A DNA stretch of 64,000 nt from an uncultured Actinomycetota bacterium (GTDB lineage Bacteria; Actinomycetota; Actinomycetes; Actinomycetales; JBBAYJ01). The stretch covers positions 696,930-760,929 of the forward strand of contig CAVWYQ010000001.1 in assembly GCA_963759255.1 (NCBI GenBank), in the 5' to 3' direction. A program made the position numbers and the translations under genes. The notes beneath the pieces are model-generated. The model was given only the letters and a program-made list of their open reading frames with translations. It did not search any database and was not told the DNA's origin. This document shows positions 9,417-20,711 of the stretch, piece by piece. The number at the start of each line of letters is the position of its first letter. Position 1 is the stretch's first letter.

Positions 9417-10835
9417 ATGAGCACGCTCGGCGCCGTGGAGTCCTCCGGACCGGACGACGTCGTGACGCGTCGGGTGCTGGAGCTGCCCCCCGACGCCTCG
9501 GCGGCGCGGACCGCGCGACGGATGCTGGCCGAGGTGCTGACGGGAGTCGGCCGCGGCGACTGGGCCGAGGCCGCACAGCTCGCCTGCACCGAGCTGGTCA
9601 CGAACGTGGTCCTGCACGCCCACACCGCGGCCACCGTGACGGTCGAGGTGAGGCCGGACGAGCTGTTCGTGGCCGTCGCGGACGGCAGCCAGGACCTCCC
9701 CCGCCAGCGTCCCGGAGACACCGTGGCGACGACCGGGCGCGGCATGCTGCTCGTCGCTCGACTGGTCACCGAGCACGGGGTCCGACGGGACGACGCCGGC
9801 AAGACCGTGTGGTTCGTCCTGCGGTCGGGCCCGGCAGCCACGCCTCAGGAGAGCTCTGCGGAGGACCTCGTGTCGATGTGGGGCGAGGACCCCGTCGACG
9901 AACCGGTCACCCCTCCACCCGGTGACGGCACCGCAACGGGGACGACGAACCCGGCGGCTACCGACGACGCCACCCGCGTGCTGCTCCTCCGGCTGCCGGC
10001 CACGCTGTGGCTGGCCGGCGCAGAGCACCACCAGACCGTGCTGCGCGAGCTCGTGCTCTACGCGGCCGAGCACGAGGACGTCTCGGTCGACATGGCCCCG
10101 GTCGACTCCGCCCGGACCATGCTCCACGACGCCGTCGAGGCTGCCGTGGAGCAGGCGCGGGCCAGCGGCACGGCGCGACGCCCGCTGCCGGACGACCATC
10201 CGGGCGAGCTGCCCTGGGTCCCGGAGTCGGTGATGCTGACCCTTGACGTGACGCCCGACGTGGTGCCCCACTTCGCGGCCCTGCAGGATGCGCTGGACGT
10301 CGCCCAGCGGCTGGCCGACGACGGGCTGCTGCTGGCCCGACCGGCCCTGCCCGAGGTCGTCGCCGTCAGGGACTGGGCCTGCGAGCAGGTGCTCGCCCAG
10401 GTAGGTGGGGCACCTGCCGCACCCTGGCCCGGCACGGACCACGAGCGCTTCCTGACCCGCGACGTACGGCTGGACCGCACCGCCTGGGACGGGGACGTCG
10501 TGCGCTCCGCCACGCGGCCCGTCGTCGCGGCCGACGACTCTAACCGGATCGTCGCCGTCAGCGACGCCATGGGGGCGCTCGTCGGGTGGGACGTCGACGA
10601 CCTGGTCGGCCGACGCGTGGTCACCCTCATCCCCGCGAGGCTGCGCGAAGGGCACGTGGCCGGCTTCAGCCGTCACCTCAGCACCGGTGAGGCCCGCCTC
10701 CTCGGCGTCCCGCTCGTGCTGCCCGTCCTGCGCGCGGACGGCACCGAGGTGCGCTGCGACGTGGTCATCGAGGAGGTCCCGGGCGGGGCCGGGCACCGGA
10801 TGTACCTCGCGTGGTTCGACCCGGTCGACGCATGA
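9417..10835 (+). CDS. Anti-sigma-type HATPase_c protein with an unnamed middle domain and C-terminal PAS
   Basis: ELVTNVVLHA, VADGS, TTGRGMLLV, GKTVWF; PAS-like end (VAADDSNRIVAVS...LVGRRVVTLIP...RADGTEV). Confidence 0.85.
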   Translation: MSTLGAVESSGPDDVVTRRVLELPPDASAARTARRMLAEVLTGVGRGDWAEAAQLACTELVTNVVLHAHTAATVTVEVRPDELFVAVADGSQDLPRQRPGDTVATTGRGMLLVARLVTEHGVRRDDAGKTVWFVLRSGPAATPQESSAEDLVSMWGEDPVDEPVTPPPGDGTATGTTNPAATDDATRVLLLRLPATLWLAGAEHHQTVLRELVLYAAEHEDVSVDMAPVDSARTMLHDAVEAAVEQARASGTARRPLPDDHPGELPWVPESVMLTLDVTPDVVPHFAALQDALDVAQRLADDGLLLARPALPEVVAVRDWACEQVLAQVGGAPAAPWPGTDHERFLTRDVRLDRTAWDGDVVRSATRPVVAADDSNRIVAVSDAMGALVGWDVDDLVGRRVVTLIPARLREGHVAGFSRHLSTGEARLLGVPLVLPVLRADGTEVRCDVVIEEVPGGAGHRMYLAWFDPVDA

Positions 10836-10891
10836 GGCCCTTCCCTCGACCAGGCCTACTCCTGGCCGCCTGCGGCCCGTAGCCTCCGGGG

Positions 10892-13408
10892 GTGGCTGCC
10901 ACCGACGCAGGCGAGGCCCCGCCCGGGCCACCGCCGCGCCTGCCCCCCGCGGGCGGGTGGGGGCTCCAGGTCGTCCGGCAGCTGGTCGACCAGGGCCCGG
11001 TGGAGCAACGGCTCGTCAGGCTGGTGCGCTACGCCGCGCACCGCCTCGGGGCGGCGAGCGGGCAGGTCAGCCTGGTCGGGGAGCAGGACCAGGTCATCGC
11101 GGTGACCCACGGCTTCGAGCTCGTCGACCTACGCCGGTCGGGACCGACCGCGGACAGCCTGTGCACCGTGACCGTGGCCCACGGCGCGCCCCTGGTCGTC
11201 ACCGACGCCGCCACCCACCCCTGGGTGGCGGGCCTGCCGCCGGTGGTGTCCGGAACGGTCGGCTCGTACCTGGGGGTCGTGCTGCGGGACCCGGACGGCG
11301 CGGCGCTGGGCTCGCTGTGCGTCTTCGACGCCACGCCTCGCACCTGGTCCGACGAGCAGGTGCGAGAGCTCGACGCGGTGGGAGAGCTGGTGTCGGCGGA
11401 GCTGATCGACCACCTCGACACCGGCCCGGGTGACGTGGTGCTGGCGCGGCTCGCGGCCGAGGCCGCCGACCTCGGCCGGTTCCGCGTGGACCTGCTGGGG
11501 GCCGGCCGGGTCGAGTGGGACCACCGCATGCTGGCCATGCACGGCCTCACGGCCGACACCTTCGACCGCTCCGTGCAGGCGTGGGCCTCGCGGGTGCACC
11601 CCGCCGACCTGCCCACCGTGCTCCAGACGCTCGCCGTGGCAGGGGGCGCGCCGGGAGAGGTGGTGTGCGAGTACCGGGCCAGGGCCGGCCAGCAGGACGA
11701 GCGGTGGGTCCGCCTGCGCGGCCGCGTCCTGCCGGACATGCTCGGGCGGTCCTCCCGGCTCGTGGGCGTCGCCTACGACGCGTCCGCCGATCACCGGCGG
11801 GAGGACGAGATCGTCCGGCTGACCGAGACCATGCCCACCGCCCTGGTGCGGGTCGGCCGCGACTGGACCGTCACCTACGTCAACGCCCTGGCCGAGCGGC
11901 TGGTCGGCCGTGGCCGGGACGAGCTCGTGGGCACCGGCGTGCACGACGCCTTCCCGGGGCTGCGGGGCAGCGACGCCGAGCAGGTCTACGCCGAGGCCAT
12001 GCAGACGGGACGCCCCCGGACCACGGAGGTGCACGTCGCCGCGGCGGAGGCCAGCTACGAGGTGAACGTGTGGCCCGACGAGCACGGCCTCACCCTGTTC
12101 TTCCACGACGTCAGCGGGCGGGTGCGGGCCCAGGCGGCGCTCGAGCGCGCCAACCGCCGGCTCGAGGTGCTCGCCGACGCCGGGGCCCGCCTGGCACGCA
12201 GCCTGCAGCCGCACGAGGTGCTCGACGTGCTGGGTGACGTGCTGGTGCCGCAGGTGGCCGACGGCCTGACCCTGGCGGTGACGGCGCGTGTCGCGGAGGT
12301 CCTGGGTGAGCCGGTCGTCGCCGACACGGAACGGCTGTACCCGGTGCGCGTCCGGCACGTGGACCGCTCGACGGAGCGGGAGCTGCGTGACCTCATCGCG
12401 GGCCTGGTCCTGCGCACCGACGCGACGACCGGGCTGGGTGCCGTCGTCAGGACCCGGACGAGCGTCCGCATGGACCGGGTGCCCGAGGACGTCATGCGGG
12501 CACGGGGACGGGACCAGCAGGAGTACGAGCGGATGGCGCGGCTGGACACCGGCCCGCACCTGGTCGTGCCCCTCACCGCCCCCGGTGGCGTCCTCGGCGC
12601 CTTCACGGTGTCCGGCCACGGCGGCGACGACCTGGACGAGGTCCTGGTCAAGGACCTGGCCGTGCGGGCCGCCGTGGCGCTGGAGAACGCGCTGTCCTTC
12701 GCCGGCCAGCACCAGGCGGCCACGGTCCTCCAACGGGCCCTGCTGCCCCGCCGCTCCCCGGCGCTCCCCGGGGTGGAGGTCGCGACCCGGTACCTGCCGG
12801 CGAGCGCGCAGGCGCTGGCCGGCGGCGACTTCTTCACGACGGTGGACGTCGACGGGGTCCTGGTCTGCGCGCTCGGTGACGTGATGGGGCACGGGACGCA
12901 GAGCGCGGCCCGTGCCGGCCAGCTGCACGGCCTGGTGGCGGCGCTCGCGCTCCAGGGGCTGGGGCCGGGCGAGCTGCTCCTGCGCCTGGCCGGGGGCATC
13001 GACCAGATGATGGACCTGGGGATGGCCACGCTCCTGGTCTGCTCCTACGACCCCGCCACGCGCACGCTGACCACGGCGAGCGCCGGTCACCCACCACCTG
13101 TGCTCGTGCCCCCGGACGGGGCGCCCGGCTACGTCGAGCTCGACCCCGGGCCCCCGCTGGGGGCGGGGACCGGCGAGTACGACGAGACCGTCAGTGCACT
13201 GCCCGCCGGGTGCACGGTGCTGCTGTTCTCCGACGGCCTCGTGGAGCGGCGGGAGGAGTCGCTCACCGACGGCCTGTCCCGGCTTCAGGACGCCGTGGCC
13301 CGGCTGAGCGGCGAGCCGGAGGCGCTCTGCGACGGGGTCCTGGAGGCGCTGCGGGCCGGTGCGGCGGTCGCCGACGACATCGCCCTGCTCGCGCTGCGCC
13401 ACCGCTGA
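10892..13408 (+). CDS. SpoIIE/RsbU-type PP2C phosphatase with GAF-PAS-PAS-GAF sensors
   Basis: LQRALLP, GGDFF, GDVMGHG, SAGHPPP, LFSDGLVE, DDIALL. Confidence 0.93.
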   Translation: MAATDAGEAPPGPPPRLPPAGGWGLQVVRQLVDQGPVEQRLVRLVRYAAHRLGAASGQVSLVGEQDQVIAVTHGFELVDLRRSGPTADSLCTVTVAHGAPLVVTDAATHPWVAGLPPVVSGTVGSYLGVVLRDPDGAALGSLCVFDATPRTWSDEQVRELDAVGELVSAELIDHLDTGPGDVVLARLAAEAADLGRFRVDLLGAGRVEWDHRMLAMHGLTADTFDRSVQAWASRVHPADLPTVLQTLAVAGGAPGEVVCEYRARAGQQDERWVRLRGRVLPDMLGRSSRLVGVAYDASADHRREDEIVRLTETMPTALVRVGRDWTVTYVNALAERLVGRGRDELVGTGVHDAFPGLRGSDAEQVYAEAMQTGRPRTTEVHVAAAEASYEVNVWPDEHGLTLFFHDVSGRVRAQAALERANRRLEVLADAGARLARSLQPHEVLDVLGDVLVPQVADGLTLAVTARVAEVLGEPVVADTERLYPVRVRHVDRSTERELRDLIAGLVLRTDATTGLGAVVRTRTSVRMDRVPEDVMRARGRDQQEYERMARLDTGPHLVVPLTAPGGVLGAFTVSGHGGDDLDEVLVKDLAVRAAVALENALSFAGQHQAATVLQRALLPRRSPALPGVEVATRYLPASAQALAGGDFFTTVDVDGVLVCALGDVMGHGTQSAARAGQLHGLVAALALQGLGPGELLLRLAGGIDQMMDLGMATLLVCSYDPATRTLTTASAGHPPPVLVPPDGAPGYVELDPGPPLGAGTGEYDETVSALPAGCTVLLFSDGLVERREESLTDGLSRLQDAVARLSGEPEALCDGVLEALRAGAAVADDIALLALRHR

Positions 13409-13501
13409 GGACCGCCCCAGGACACACGCCGTCAGCGGCGGAGGTCGCCGACGAGCTCCTCCAGACGCTGAGCGGTCCGCGCCAGACCCTCCGCGGCCAG
13501 C

Positions 13502-14125
13502 TCAGGCGCCGCCCAGCAGCATCGCCGCCAGCGCGAGCATCACGCACGCGATCACCGCGTCGAGCACCCGCCACGTGCCGGGGCGCACGAAGAGCGGGCG
13601 CAGCAGCCGGGCCCCGAAGCCCAGCCCCGCGAACCACAGCACGCTCGCGGTGACCGCGCCCGCCGCGAAGTCCCAGCGCGAGGTGCCGTGGGTGGCCGCC
13701 ACCGAGCCCAGGAGGACGACCGTGTCGAGGTACACGTGGGGGTTGAGCCACGTAAGGGCGAGCGCCGTGGCGACGACGGCCAGGGCGGGCGCACCCCTGG
13801 CAGCGGTGGCGGCGTCCAGGCCGGAGGGTGCCGGCGGGTGCAGGGCCCGCCGGGCCGCGAGCACGCCGTAGGCCAGCAGGAACGCCGCACCGCCGAGGCG
13901 CGTCACCACGAGGACCGCGGGGGCCCGCTCGACCAGCGACCCGAGCCCGGCCACCCCGACGACGATGAGCACGGCGTCGGACACCGCGCAGACGCCCACC
14001 ACGGGCAGCACGTGACGACCCAGCAGCCCCTGCCGGAGCACGAAGGCGTTCTGGGCGCCGATGGCGACGATCAGGGACAGGCCGAGACCTAGGCCGGCGA
14101 GGGCAGCGGGCAGGTCGAGGTCCAC
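13502..14125 (-). CDS. LysE/ArgO family amino acid exporter
   Basis: [27 protein letters not shown]. Confidence 0.94.
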   Translation of the reverse strand: MDLDLPAALAGLGLGLSLIVAIGAQNAFVLRQGLLGRHVLPVVGVCAVSDAVLIVVGVAGLGSLVERAPAVLVVTRLGGAAFLLAYGVLAARRALHPPAPSGLDAATAARGAPALAVVATALALTWLNPHVYLDTVVLLGSVAATHGTSRWDFAAGAVTASVLWFAGLGFGARLLRPLFVRPGTWRVLDAVIACVMLALAAMLLGGA

Positions 14126-14250
14126 GCCGGCGACGGTACGAGGTCACGGACCGAAGGACGGCGCGTCGTCCGCGGCTACGTGCTCCGCCCGTCGCGGGCC
14201 CCACCCGGGCATCTGCGCCGAGCTCCCTGCCTGGGGCCGGCCGAGCCCGC

Positions 14251-14694
14251 TCAGCCCCCGCCGGGGGCCCGGAGCGCGGGCACCGAGCTGCCGGTCGACG
14301 GCACGGCGGGGGCGCGCTGCACGCGCTCGCCGCCCACGTTGGCGAGCACGACCGCGACGTACGGCAGCACGACGGCCCCGGGCACGAAGAGCCACGCCCA
14401 CCAGTGCGGGAAGGACAGGACGACGGCCAGGACGCACAGCGTCCGGACGCCCATGCTCAGGGCGTAGGTGCGCATCCGCCGCCCGACGTCGTCGGAGTGC
14501 GACCCCCGCGCGGCGGTGACCCGCTGCACGGTGGGGTGGGCGCGGGAGCCACGGTCGTGCACGTCGAGCACCCGGATGTCGTCGGCAGGAAGCACGAAGA
14601 CGTCGCCACCGCCGGAGACCCGGGGGCCGTCGGGGTGATGGGGGTGCCGGTCGTCGCGGGGCTGGTGGCTGGACGAGGAGGTGCTGGTCGACAC
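14251..14694 (-). CDS. DUF3099 family membrane protein (start uncertain)
   Basis: RMRTYALSMGVRTLC...AVVLPYVAVVLAN. Confidence 0.75.
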   Translation of the reverse strand: MSTSTSSSSHQPRDDRHPHHPDGPRVSGGGDVFVLPADDIRVLDVHDRGSRAHPTVQRVTAARGSHSDDVGRRMRTYALSMGVRTLCVLAVVLSFPHWWAWLFVPGAVVLPYVAVVLANVGGERVQRAPAVPSTGSSVPALRAPGGG

Positions 14695-15063
14695 GTGGCG
14701 CTCCGTTCGCCGGCGGCGCACCGGCGGGTGCTGCGGAGGACGGCTGCCTGGCCGTCGCGCTGTGGTGGTCCGACGGGCTCGCTCGCTGCCGCCGGACGCA
14801 TCTCCTACAGCGTCCTGCGGGCCCGGTACCTTCCCCGGCCTGCGGCCGGACCCTAGCCCAGCCGGACAGCCACGGCCGCAGGATGGTCGGCAGCCCTCGG
14901 TCCAGCGGCAGCCGGGCCGGTGCGGTGGTCGGAGCCCGAGGACCCCGACCGGGCCGGCCAGACCTGCTCCACGACCCGTCGGTGGGCGTGACGTGGTCCC
15001 GAGCAGGCGTCTCGCGCTGCGGCACCGACATACTCAGGGCCTCGGCTGGGCAGTGGACCACAG

Positions 15064-15813
15064 GTGAGCGCATCAGCCAGGTCGGTGGTCGGGACGGTCG
15101 GCGGCACGCAGCTGCGCGAGAGCCGGTACGCCGTGCTGTCGCGCGTGGTCCGGCTGTGGACCGCCGGCCCGTTCGTCGACGTGCGCGTGACCGGTCGGGA
15201 GCACCTCCCGGCGACCGGGAGCGCGGTGGTCGCCTGCAACCACCCCTCCATGCTCAACACCCTCGTCCCGTGGGCGGCCGTCGGGCGGAACCCGGCGGTC
15301 CTCGTCGTCAGCCACGCGTTCCGGGTGCCCGTCCTGGGGGCCCTCCTGCGGGCGCTCGGCAACATCCCGGTGCGTCGCGACGTCGTGGGCCGCTGGTCCC
15401 GCCGCCAGGACCACCGCCTGGACCGGGCGGCCTCGGCCAAGGCCGCCGTCGACGTGCTCGCCGCGGGCGGCGTGGTGCAGCTGTACCCCGAGGGCAAGAT
15501 CGCCACGGCACGGCTCCGACGGGACGGGGTCATCCAGGACCTCGCCCCTGGGGTGGTCCGGATCGCCCGGGTCGCCGGGGCGCCGATCATCCCGTTCGGG
15601 ATCCGGCTGGGCTGGCGGGTCGGGCGCCGGGGCGTCCAGCACACCATCCGGATCTGCGTGGGCCCGGCCATCACGACGGCCGGACCGTCGGACGACGCGG
15701 ACGTGCTCGACGAGGTCCGTACCGCCCTGACAGCGTTGGCGGGGCGCTGCCGGGGCCCGGGCGACAGCGGCGACCGGTCTGCTCAGGTCCGGGCCGAGCG
15801 GTCCCTCGCCTGA
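15064..15813 (+). CDS. Lysophospholipid acyltransferase (PlsC family)
   Basis: VACNHPSMLN, IPVRR, YPEGK, APIIPFG. Confidence 0.8.
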   Translation: MSASARSVVGTVGGTQLRESRYAVLSRVVRLWTAGPFVDVRVTGREHLPATGSAVVACNHPSMLNTLVPWAAVGRNPAVLVVSHAFRVPVLGALLRALGNIPVRRDVVGRWSRRQDHRLDRAASAKAAVDVLAAGGVVQLYPEGKIATARLRRDGVIQDLAPGVVRIARVAGAPIIPFGIRLGWRVGRRGVQHTIRICVGPAITTAGPSDDADVLDEVRTALTALAGRCRGPGDSGDRSAQVRAERSLA

Positions 15814-15959
15814 CAGGCTCACCGACGCACGGCCAGGGCTGCTGAGCGGCGCGGTCCAGCCGCGATCCAGCGACCCGCAGAGGGACCGACCGGCGTTCCG
15901 GACCGGTGGCATCGCGCCGCAGCGCGTACGGTTCCCGCGTGCCCGCCACCAGGACAGCG

Positions 15960-16133
15960 ATGGACACCCTGCTACGGCAGCAGTGGTCGGCCCGGCGCGC
16001 GTGGCTGGACACCGTCGAGGCCACCCGCGTCAGCGACCTGCCCAGCGGGCTGGCGCCGTGGACCATGCGTGAGCGGCCCGGGTCACGGCGACGACCCCCG
16101 TCTGCCGCTGCTGCGAGGGCGTGGTCGACGTGA
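15960..16133 (+). pseudogene. 57-aa ORF or fragment resembling the N-terminus of a mycothiol-dependent (MDMPI_N/DinB-like) protein
   Basis: LRQQW...W...PSGLAPWTMRE; TGATG overlap with next gene. Confidence 0.3.
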
Positions 16134-16999
16134 TGACGGTCGCCCTCGACCTGCCGCCCGAGCCCGGCGCGGCAGGGTCTGCACGGCGGTGGGCGCGCAC
16201 CCTGCTGGGGCCGTCGGTGCACGAGGACACCGCCGAGTCCGTCGCGCTGGTGCTCACCGAGCTCGTCCAGAACGCCGTCCTGCACGCGAGCACCCCGATG
16301 CGCGTGGAGCTGCTCGTCGCCGGTGACGGCGTCCGCGTGAAGGTGGCCGACGGCTCCCCGGTCCTGCCGTCCTCCGGCCTGACCAGCGCCCAGGCGATGT
16401 CGGGTCGGGGGCTGCTCATGGTCGCAGCGGTCGCCTCGGCGTGGGGGGCCGAGCCGCGACCGGGCGGAAAGGTCGTCTGGGCCCACGTCCAGCACGGCCG
16501 TGGTGCGGACGAGGAGGTGACCGTCGACGAGCTGCTCGGACGCTGGTCCGACGACGGCGACCAGCACGTCCGCACGGCAGGACCTCCGCTCGTGGTGCCG
16601 GACCTGCCGACGACGACGATGCTCGCGGTCAAGACCCACAACGACGACGTCTTCCGCGAGCTCACGCTCTGCGCCATCGGGCAGGACTCCCGCACCGCCG
16701 AGGACGTGGCCGAGCTGGCCGGACGGGCCCGCCGGGTGCTCGCGACGTTCGCGCAGGGCCGGCAGCAGGTCCGCAACCAGGTGCTGAGCGCCCTCAGGTC
16801 CGGGGCGGAGACGTTCGACCTCGTCCTCGGCGTGGACGACGGCGCCCTCGGCGTCCTGGGGGACTACCTCGACATCCTCGAGCGGGCCGACGAGTGGGCG
16901 GCGAGCGGGCGCCTGCTCAGCGAGCCACCGGATGCCGACGTCCTGGCTGTGCGGCGCCACTACCTGACGCGCCTGATCACCGCGGCGCAGGCCGGTTGA
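16133..16999 (+). CDS. Anti-sigma-type HATPase_c protein with unnamed C-terminal domain
   Basis: ELVQNAVLHA, VADGS, SGRGLLMV, GKVVWA. Confidence 0.88.
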   Translation: MTVALDLPPEPGAAGSARRWARTLLGPSVHEDTAESVALVLTELVQNAVLHASTPMRVELLVAGDGVRVKVADGSPVLPSSGLTSAQAMSGRGLLMVAAVASAWGAEPRPGGKVVWAHVQHGRGADEEVTVDELLGRWSDDGDQHVRTAGPPLVVPDLPTTTMLAVKTHNDDVFRELTLCAIGQDSRTAEDVAELAGRARRVLATFAQGRQQVRNQVLSALRSGAETFDLVLGVDDGALGVLGDYLDILERADEWAASGRLLSEPPDADVLAVRRHYLTRLITAAQAG

Positions 17000-17078
17000 C
17001 CCGGCCGCGGGCCGGCGAGCGGGACCCACGGTCGTCACCCCAGCCGGCGCTGTCGGCCCCCGACGGCAGGATCCCGCC

Positions 17079-17837
17079 ATGAGCAGCGACCCGAACCCCC
17101 TGGTCCCCGCCCACGTCGTCCTCGTCCCCGGTTTCTGGCTGGGCGCCTGGGCGTGGGACGACGTCGTGGCCCACCTGCGCGTGAGGGGCGTGGCGGCCCT
17201 CGCCCTCACCCTGCCCGGCCTCGAGCCGGACCACCCGGACCGCGGCGCCGTCCGCCTGGAGGACCACGTCGCGGCCATCGAGCAGGCGCTGGCCCTCGCC
17301 CCGCCGGGGGCGCGCACCGTGCTCGTCGCCCACAGCGGCGCCGCCGTCCCGGCGACGGTCGCCCTCGACCGGCACGTCGGGCAGGTGGACCACGTCGTCT
17401 GGGTCGACACCGCACCGGTCGTCGACGGCTACGCGATGGACCCGGGGGTGGCAGGCGACGAGCACCCGCTGTCTGCGCAGTACGACGACGAGCTCGCGCA
17501 GGGGGCGATGGCCGGCCTGAGCGACGAGCAGCTCGCCACCTTCACCGGACGCGCGGTCCCGCAGCCGGCGTGCTCCCTGCGGGACGCCGCGTCGCTGACC
17601 GACCCCCGCCGCCTGGACGTCCCGGGCACGGTCGTGTGCACGGCGTTCCCCGCAGCCGACTACCGGGCCTACGCCGAGCGGGGGACGCCGTTCCTCGCCG
17701 GTCTGCTGGAGCACCGACGGCTGGACCTCGTCGACCTGCCGACGGGTCACTGGCCGATGTGGAGCCGCCCGGTCGAGCTGGCCGACATCATCGCCTCCGT
17801 CAGCGCCGACGGCACCGACGTGGGCGTCCGGGCCTGA
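17079..17837 (+). CDS. Alpha/beta hydrolase (esterase-like)
   Basis: VLVPGFWLGAWAW, VAHSG nucleophile elbow, TGHWPMWS. Confidence 0.9.
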   Translation: MSSDPNPLVPAHVVLVPGFWLGAWAWDDVVAHLRVRGVAALALTLPGLEPDHPDRGAVRLEDHVAAIEQALALAPPGARTVLVAHSGAAVPATVALDRHVGQVDHVVWVDTAPVVDGYAMDPGVAGDEHPLSAQYDDELAQGAMAGLSDEQLATFTGRAVPQPACSLRDAASLTDPRRLDVPGTVVCTAFPAADYRAYAERGTPFLAGLLEHRRLDLVDLPTGHWPMWSRPVELADIIASVSADGTDVGVRA

Positions 17838-17982
17838 CCGCCCGCGGCGAGGCCGCCGCCCGGGTTGCGGACCGGAGCAGGCCCGCCGCCTCAGCGCCGG
17901 TCGCCGATCCGGACCCCCACCCCCGGGCTGACCAGCGCGGTGGTCCTGGCGCCGCGTGCACGAGCAGCGCCGCTGGCTCAGC

Positions 17983-19107
17983 TCAGCCGCGCAGCCACCC
18001 GAGCAGCGCCTCGGTGCAGGCGACCAGCTGGGCCACGGGGACCCGTTCGTCGTCCGCGTGCGCGAGCTGCGGGTCACCGGGGCCGAAGTTGACCGCCGGG
18101 ACGCCCAGGGCGGAGAACCGGGCGACGTCGGTCCAGCCGAGCTTCGCCCGCGGCTCGGCGCCGGACCCGGCCCCCACGGACCCCACGAAGGCACGGGCGG
18201 CAGGCCGGTCCAGACCTGGGCGTGCACCCTCGGCCACGTCGACCAGCTCGAGCTCCACGTCCAGGCCGGCGAACACCTCACGCACGTGCGCGAAGGCCTG
18301 CTCGGCGTCGCGGTCGGGCGCGAAGCGGTGGTTGACGCTCACGGTGCACACGTCCGGGACCATGTTCCCGGCGATGCCACCGACGATCCCGACCGCCTGC
18401 AGCCCCTCGTGGAACTGCAGCCCCTCCACCACGGGACGGCGGGGCTCGTAGCCCTGCAGCCGGACGAGCACGTCGGCCGTCGCGTGGACGGCGTTGACCC
18501 CCCGCCACGCCCGGGCCGAGTGCGCCGTCCGCCCGCGCGAGGTGACGTCCACCCGCAGCGTCCCCTGGCAGCCGCCCTCGACGAGGCCGCCGGTGGGCTC
18601 GCCGAGCACCGCGAGGTCCGCCGCGAGCCAGTCCGGCACCGTGCGTGCCAGCCGACCGAGCCCGTTGCGCTCGGCCTCTACCTCCTCGCAGTCGTAGAAG
18701 ACGTACGTGACGTCGCGCACCGGCTCGGGCACCGTGCACGCCGCCACCAGCGCCATCGCCACCCCGCCCTTCATGTCGGTCGTGCCCCTGCCCCACAGCA
18801 CCGGTCCGCCGTCAGGGTCGTCACCCTCCCCCGGGGCCTGCAGCCGGCCCGGCACGTTGTCCACGACGGGGACGGTGTCGATGTGCCCGGCGACCACGAC
18901 CCGCTCGGGGCGACCCAGCGACGTGCGGGCCAGCACCGCGTCGCCGTCCCGGACGACCTCCAGGTGCCGCTGGTCACGCAGCAGGGCCTCGACCGCGTCC
19001 GCCACGGCCGACTCCTGGCCGGACACGCTGGGGATGTCCACGAGCGCGCGTGTCAGGGCGACGGGGTCGTGGGCGGGCAGGAGGGCGGCGGGCACGGGTC
19101 CGGGCAC
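17983..19107 (-). CDS. dapE: Succinyl-diaminopimelate desuccinylase
   Basis: [56 protein letters not shown]. Confidence 0.95.
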   Translation of the reverse strand: MPGPVPAALLPAHDPVALTRALVDIPSVSGQESAVADAVEALLRDQRHLEVVRDGDAVLARTSLGRPERVVVAGHIDTVPVVDNVPGRLQAPGEGDDPDGGPVLWGRGTTDMKGGVAMALVAACTVPEPVRDVTYVFYDCEEVEAERNGLGRLARTVPDWLAADLAVLGEPTGGLVEGGCQGTLRVDVTSRGRTAHSARAWRGVNAVHATADVLVRLQGYEPRRPVVEGLQFHEGLQAVGIVGGIAGNMVPDVCTVSVNHRFAPDRDAEQAFAHVREVFAGLDVELELVDVAEGARPGLDRPAARAFVGSVGAGSGAEPRAKLGWTDVARFSALGVPAVNFGPGDPQLAHADDERVPVAQLVACTEALLGWLRG

Positions 19108-19261
19108 CGAGCGACAGTACCCAGCAGTGCCGGGACGCCGCTGCGGCCCACCCGGTCGGCATCGGGGGCCAACGACCGCCTGGCGCCCGTCAGGCTGCTG
19201 GCCACCCGGTGGCTGGCCTCGTCGAGCCCTTCCTCCCGCCGTTCCGCCAGGCCGGCGGTGC

Positions 19262-20578
19262 TCAGGTGCGGCGCGCAGGGCCGGCGCCTGCGGGGCTCAC
19301 GCGGACCCGCGCCACGCGGAGCCCGTCCATCCGGGTGACGACCAGCTCGTGGTCGCCGACCTCGACCCGGTCGCCCACGGTCGGGATGCGGTGCAGGCTG
19401 GCCAGGACGAAGCCCGCGATGGTCTCGTAGCCCTCCCCCGCGTGGTCCGCCCCCAGGTCGAGGCCCGGGACGTGGTCGCGGATGTCGTCGACGTGGGTGA
19501 GCCCGTCCAGCTCGACCGTGCCCTCCGGGAGGGCGGGCGCGGTGCTCGGCGCGTCGTCGTACTCGTCCCGGATGTCACCGAGCACCTCCTCCACGAGGTC
19601 CTCCAGGGTGATGATCCCGGCGGTCCCGCCGTACTCGTCGACGACGACGGCCAGGTGGACGGCGGCCCTGCGCATGACGCTCATCGCGGTGAGCACCGGC
19701 AGGCTCTCCGGCAGGAACGGCACGGTGCGCAGGACCGCCATCAAGGGCTCGTCGCTGCGACCGCGGCGCACGGCCCCGTACAGGTCGCGGACGTGCACGA
19801 ACCCGACGACGTCGTCCGCGTCGTCCCGGGTCACGGGGTAGCGGGAGTGGGGGCGGTCCACGGCGACGTCCAATGCCCGACCGACCGTCTGGTCGGCCTC
19901 GAGGAACATCACCTCGGTGCGTGGGACCAGGACGTCGCGCACGGACTTGCCGGCCAGGTCCAGCGCCTCGCTGACGATCCGCCGCTCGTCAGGGTCCAGG
20001 CCCTGGTGCTCGCGCACGAGCGACCGCAGCTCCTCCTCGCCGATCTCCTCACGGCTGGCCCCGGGGTCGCCGCCGAGGAGCCGGACCACCAGGTCGGTCG
20101 CCGTGGACAGCAGCCAGATGACCGGCCGCAGGATCCGCGCGAGGACGTCCAGCGGTCCCGCCGCGAGCAGCGACACGCCCTCGGCCCGCTGCAGCGCCAG
20201 CCGCTTGGGGGCCAGCTCGCCCAGCACCAGCGACAGCGCCGCGACGACCAGGGTCACCCCGACGAGGGCGACGGTGCCGGCTGCGGCGTCGCCCAGCCCG
20301 AGCCGGACCAGCGACGGGACCAGCGCCGGGGCGAGGGCGGCGGCACCGAAGGAGGCCGAGAAGAAGCCGGTCACGGTGACGCCCACCTGCACCGCCGACA
20401 GGAACCGGTTGGGGTCCGCGGCCAGCTCGGCCACCCGGACCCCGCGACCGCCCCTGCGTCGCAGGCCCTCGATCTGGCTGCCCCGCAACGACACCAGGGC
20501 GATCTCGCTGCCGGAGAACAGGCCGCCCACGAGGATGAACAGCAGGACCAGAGCCACGTCCACGCCCGTCCCGCTCAC
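19262..20578 (-). CDS. CNNM/CBS/CorC ('hemolysin family') Mg2+/Co2+ transport protein
   Basis: [42 protein letters not shown]. Confidence 0.93.
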   Translation of the reverse strand: MSGTGVDVALVLLFILVGGLFSGSEIALVSLRGSQIEGLRRRGGRGVRVAELAADPNRFLSAVQVGVTVTGFFSASFGAAALAPALVPSLVRLGLGDAAAGTVALVGVTLVVAALSLVLGELAPKRLALQRAEGVSLLAAGPLDVLARILRPVIWLLSTATDLVVRLLGGDPGASREEIGEEELRSLVREHQGLDPDERRIVSEALDLAGKSVRDVLVPRTEVMFLEADQTVGRALDVAVDRPHSRYPVTRDDADDVVGFVHVRDLYGAVRRGRSDEPLMAVLRTVPFLPESLPVLTAMSVMRRAAVHLAVVVDEYGGTAGIITLEDLVEEVLGDIRDEYDDAPSTAPALPEGTVELDGLTHVDDIRDHVPGLDLGADHAGEGYETIAGFVLASLHRIPTVGDRVEVGDHELVVTRMDGLRVARVRVSPAGAGPARRT

Positions 20579-20711
20579 CGCGCGTCCTCGACCTGTCGTC
20601 CCGGTCCGGGCGCGGGTCCATGGCGCGGCGGGCGGTGTCGGGCATGTCGTGAGGGCACGTCGACGATCGTAGGTTCGCCCATGACCGGGACGCCGACGCC
20701 GTGTCCCGGGG

